Source of the DNA: Laetmonice hystrix
Lineage: Eukaryota
Length of the DNA stretch: 64,000 bases
Direction of reading: 5' to 3'
Assembly: GCA_965235115.1 (NCBI GenBank)
Contig: OZ249445.1
Location: 11,904,001 to 11,968,000, forward strand
Position 1 is the first letter of the stretch; each line of letters begins with the position of its first letter. Both the position numbers and the translations under genes were made by a program. The notes under the pieces were generated by a model that did not search any database, was not told where the DNA came from, and was given only the letters and a program-made list of their open reading frames with translations. Shown one piece after another: positions 61,091-64,000 of this stretch.

Positions 61091-64000
61091 TCAATATATA
61101 AACCGGGCACACAGCCTGAGCAGCCAAACGGTACATCAATACGGACAAACCGCCTGGTCTAGTCAGTCACAGTAGGTGGTAAAATCTCATAAACGAAACT
61201 AGATTGAATTCTCCGTCGTACCTATTAATTTTCAAAGGTTTGACATCATTTGTGCATCTTCTCCGTTCTCCTGCCGTACTGAGTCCAAAATGATGTCTTC
61301 CCTGATCAATGTATAACTAGATCCTACTCAGCGAAATTTGTAAAGTTCAACAAAACCTAAAAATTACCCAGAAAGTCACAAAATGCGAGATATTTTGCGA
61401 CTTAGGGTATAAAGAATCTGTTGTGAAACACACGTATATGAAATCGTCCTACAAAACTGTTAAAACGACAGTCAGTCTGTTAACTAGGCCCTTCGGTGTG
61501 CGTCAGCAGTTACAGTAATCGCCACCAGGGCGCACTGTAGGTACCCTAGGATCCAGACCCACCCACTTAACAACCAACCACAGCACTAGCTCAGCACAGA
61601 TTACCATGATCAGGAATTAGGTAATGGGGCCTGCCTTAGAGACAGAGTCTTGGAAGATGTACTTGACGAGATAATGGCTGGCTTGGCGAGGCGGCCGGTC
61701 GTTATGTAAGCAGCGAGCCGTGAGTCCGCCAGACGGGACGCAGCGACACCAAGACGCCAGTCGGCGGACGGTGGCGCCACACTGTGGACGCCCACACACA
61801 TCTTCACAGCCTGACATCTTCAGGCGCCCTATTTTTGCCCTCCGTTTTAGGAGCAGGACCGGAATAAGCGCGGCATCCGGGTGTCCTAAAGAGACATTAA
61901 CGGCCAGGCTTCGATGGTCGTCAAATTGCCATTAACTGTTTTTGTGGTGATGCCATCCAGCAGGCTAGTCCTGGGATGATGAAGACCTTCCGGCCGTCCT
62001 GCTGCTGCATCCGGGGAACCCAGAGTCTCTCTACTCCTCCCAAAACTAATCAACACCAAAACCTCTTTAGTTATCTATTTACTCCTCAAACCACTGAAAC
62101 CCGGTTATACGACAGTCTTTACAGATTTAAGTTCAAAATAATGCAACGTTGTAAAGGCAATCACTGTAGCAACCTAATCTTCATAGTTTTGGGTCCAACA
62201 CCTTCTTAATTCCTTTAGAGAGTAAGCTTTGGAAAACAGAATTCATGGGGTGGATCCCTTCTCAAGAACAGAGATTACCATTGTTCCTCAAGCACAAGTT
62301 GTTATTGTTGTAAACAATGGTGTGTAGTTCTACAATACGACAACACTGGAGTGTACAATACGTCATAACGACATTGACAGAGACCGCCTCCGGAAATACC
62401 GACCCATCTGTCATGTACAATACGAACGTCGGACTTTGATCTCCGTTACCTTCCTACGATATGTTCATTTAGTTAAAGGAGAAAACAATTCCTAACATAC
62501 GTATCAGTTTCACAGCGTGGTACCTGACGTACTACAGCTCAGAAAATATTATTTTTCACCATTGAGAACACCAAGTGAACGGAAACCAGCACTGCAGGGA
62601 AGCACATGGCTTTTATGGACATTTAATTGGAAATTTCACACCTATTTGATCTGGACCGGCCTTGCATTCTTTTAATATTCAAATCATTGCCCAGAATCCC
62701 CTGCCCCAAAAAAGATTTAATAAGGCGGCTGCCTTGCTGCGCTATGTGGAGATCCATTATGCCTTTCGTGAATGCGAAGTTTGGACCATTGCAGGCGTCA
62801 TAACGTCCCTTCATTCCGTACCTCGGTGTACGCAGTGTGTAAGTTATATCGCTGTATATCATTCCTGGAGTGAATAGATTAATGGTCCATAAAAAACTCT
62901 GTTGGTTCTGGTAATGGCCCTGATGGATTCACAGTGCTACGATCCCAACAGCACCTTGTTAGAAAGATGACACAGATCGACACCCAAATCCATCATTTCG
63001 GACGTTTAGTGCACCGAAAATATTGCCACTGTAACACCAATGACAATAGCTCTAGTGTCCAGATACGTATGCCTTGCAGGCAATCGTAAAGTCGGCCCGG
63101 CACGCCCCAACCCAACCACCACAAAGCTCGATGAAAACTGCACACACAACTGAGCGCAAATTATTCATCACATATACAACAGCTGTGAAATATTGCTTGG
63201 TGGTTATTCGTTACGGGCCATTCTGAACAGTAAAAGGGTTGACTACTGCCGCAACCTCAGCTGAACCGTGGCAACAAAGCGGCTGTCATTAGGTACGGTA
63301 GCCAATAACAACATAAGGTATGGCTGCCCTGGGGTAGAAGAATGGGGGCCAGGCACCACAGTTCGTACCTTGAGGTCCGAGCTAAGATCGCCGCGGGAGT
63401 GCGCCATACCTGTTCCAGCACCAACATTGAACGCTTCGCTTCCTTCGCTCCTTTGCAGGAGAGCGCTAGATCATATTGAGGTTGTCAGCAGGTAGCCCCC
63501 GGCAAGTGTAGATAGGGACGAGATGTTATTTTCTCAATAGGACACCCGAGGGTGTAGGAGATGGGAGAGGGTAAGGGTTGTGGGAGGTGGGGTTCATTCC
63601 AAATGTCCAGGAGCTGCTGCGGGCATTCTATAGGAGAGCAGTGGTCACAGCGGCGCGTGCCACCCAGTGGCGGACTTGAGAACTATGCGGATGACGCAGC
63701 CAGCGGCACATTATGGTTGGTCCATCAATATCAACCAGATACAGGCGCTGTCAAGGTCTCGCTCGGACCACACAGCCACAACCCGCTGACACAAGCCACA
63801 CACCAAATTCTACCATCCTTCTACTCAGGTCTATGTGATTCATGCTTAAACCCCCTCTCCGAATCTAACTCGACTACAAACTCAAACAACCATCCATCCA
63901 CGGACCGTTACTGAAGACATTATATAAGGCCATATAGGGTTGCATATCTAGCATGGTTATCATGCGGCCAGTTGTAATCTAAGTCAACGAGTCCAGCGAC

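Noticed and set aside
61610-61817. Overlapping minus-strand ORFs as upstream ankyrin exons
   Set aside because: No ankyrin consensus and no phase-0 donor compatible with the 60889 acceptor.
62631-62642. GVKF codons resembling the missing PTB exon
   Set aside because: Wrong side of the gene, flanking residues do not match, and the frame closes within a few codons.
1-64000. tRNA, rRNA or SINE genes
   Set aside because: No cloverleaf, paired A-box/B-box or rRNA-like segment was recognised by eye; tRNAscan-SE and Infernal would be decisive.

Overview
This is intron-rich animal genomic DNA, not prokaryotic. A bilaterian invertebrate, probably a lophotrochozoan, is my inference from sequence style. 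Almost the whole window is one minus-strand gene, an ANKS1A/ANKS1B (Odin/AIDA-1) family scaffold with ankyrin repeats, a long disordered linker, SAM1, SAM2 and PTB. I traced 18 phase-consistent GT-AG coding exons from 60889 down to 5769, about 1050 aa in one open frame. The first ankyrin repeats lie beyond the right edge, and I found no further PTB exons before the left edge. The best finding is a pair of homologous exons just before SAM1 (13043-12938 and 11258-11165) that share splice phases and cannot both be included in frame. They look like a duplicated, mutually exclusive pair, although the upstream copy could instead be an alternative terminal exon. The 27.7-kb central intron holds an in-frame pair of candidate cassette exons, several candidate internal first exons, recurrent RFX X-boxes and CTCF-like motifs, several minisatellites and a TIR-bounded element. 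A second foldback element lies at 52.8-53.5 kb. I found no rRNA, tRNA, CRISPR array or intact transposase or reverse transcriptase. All splice and motif calls were made by eye and need RNA-seq or homology confirmation.
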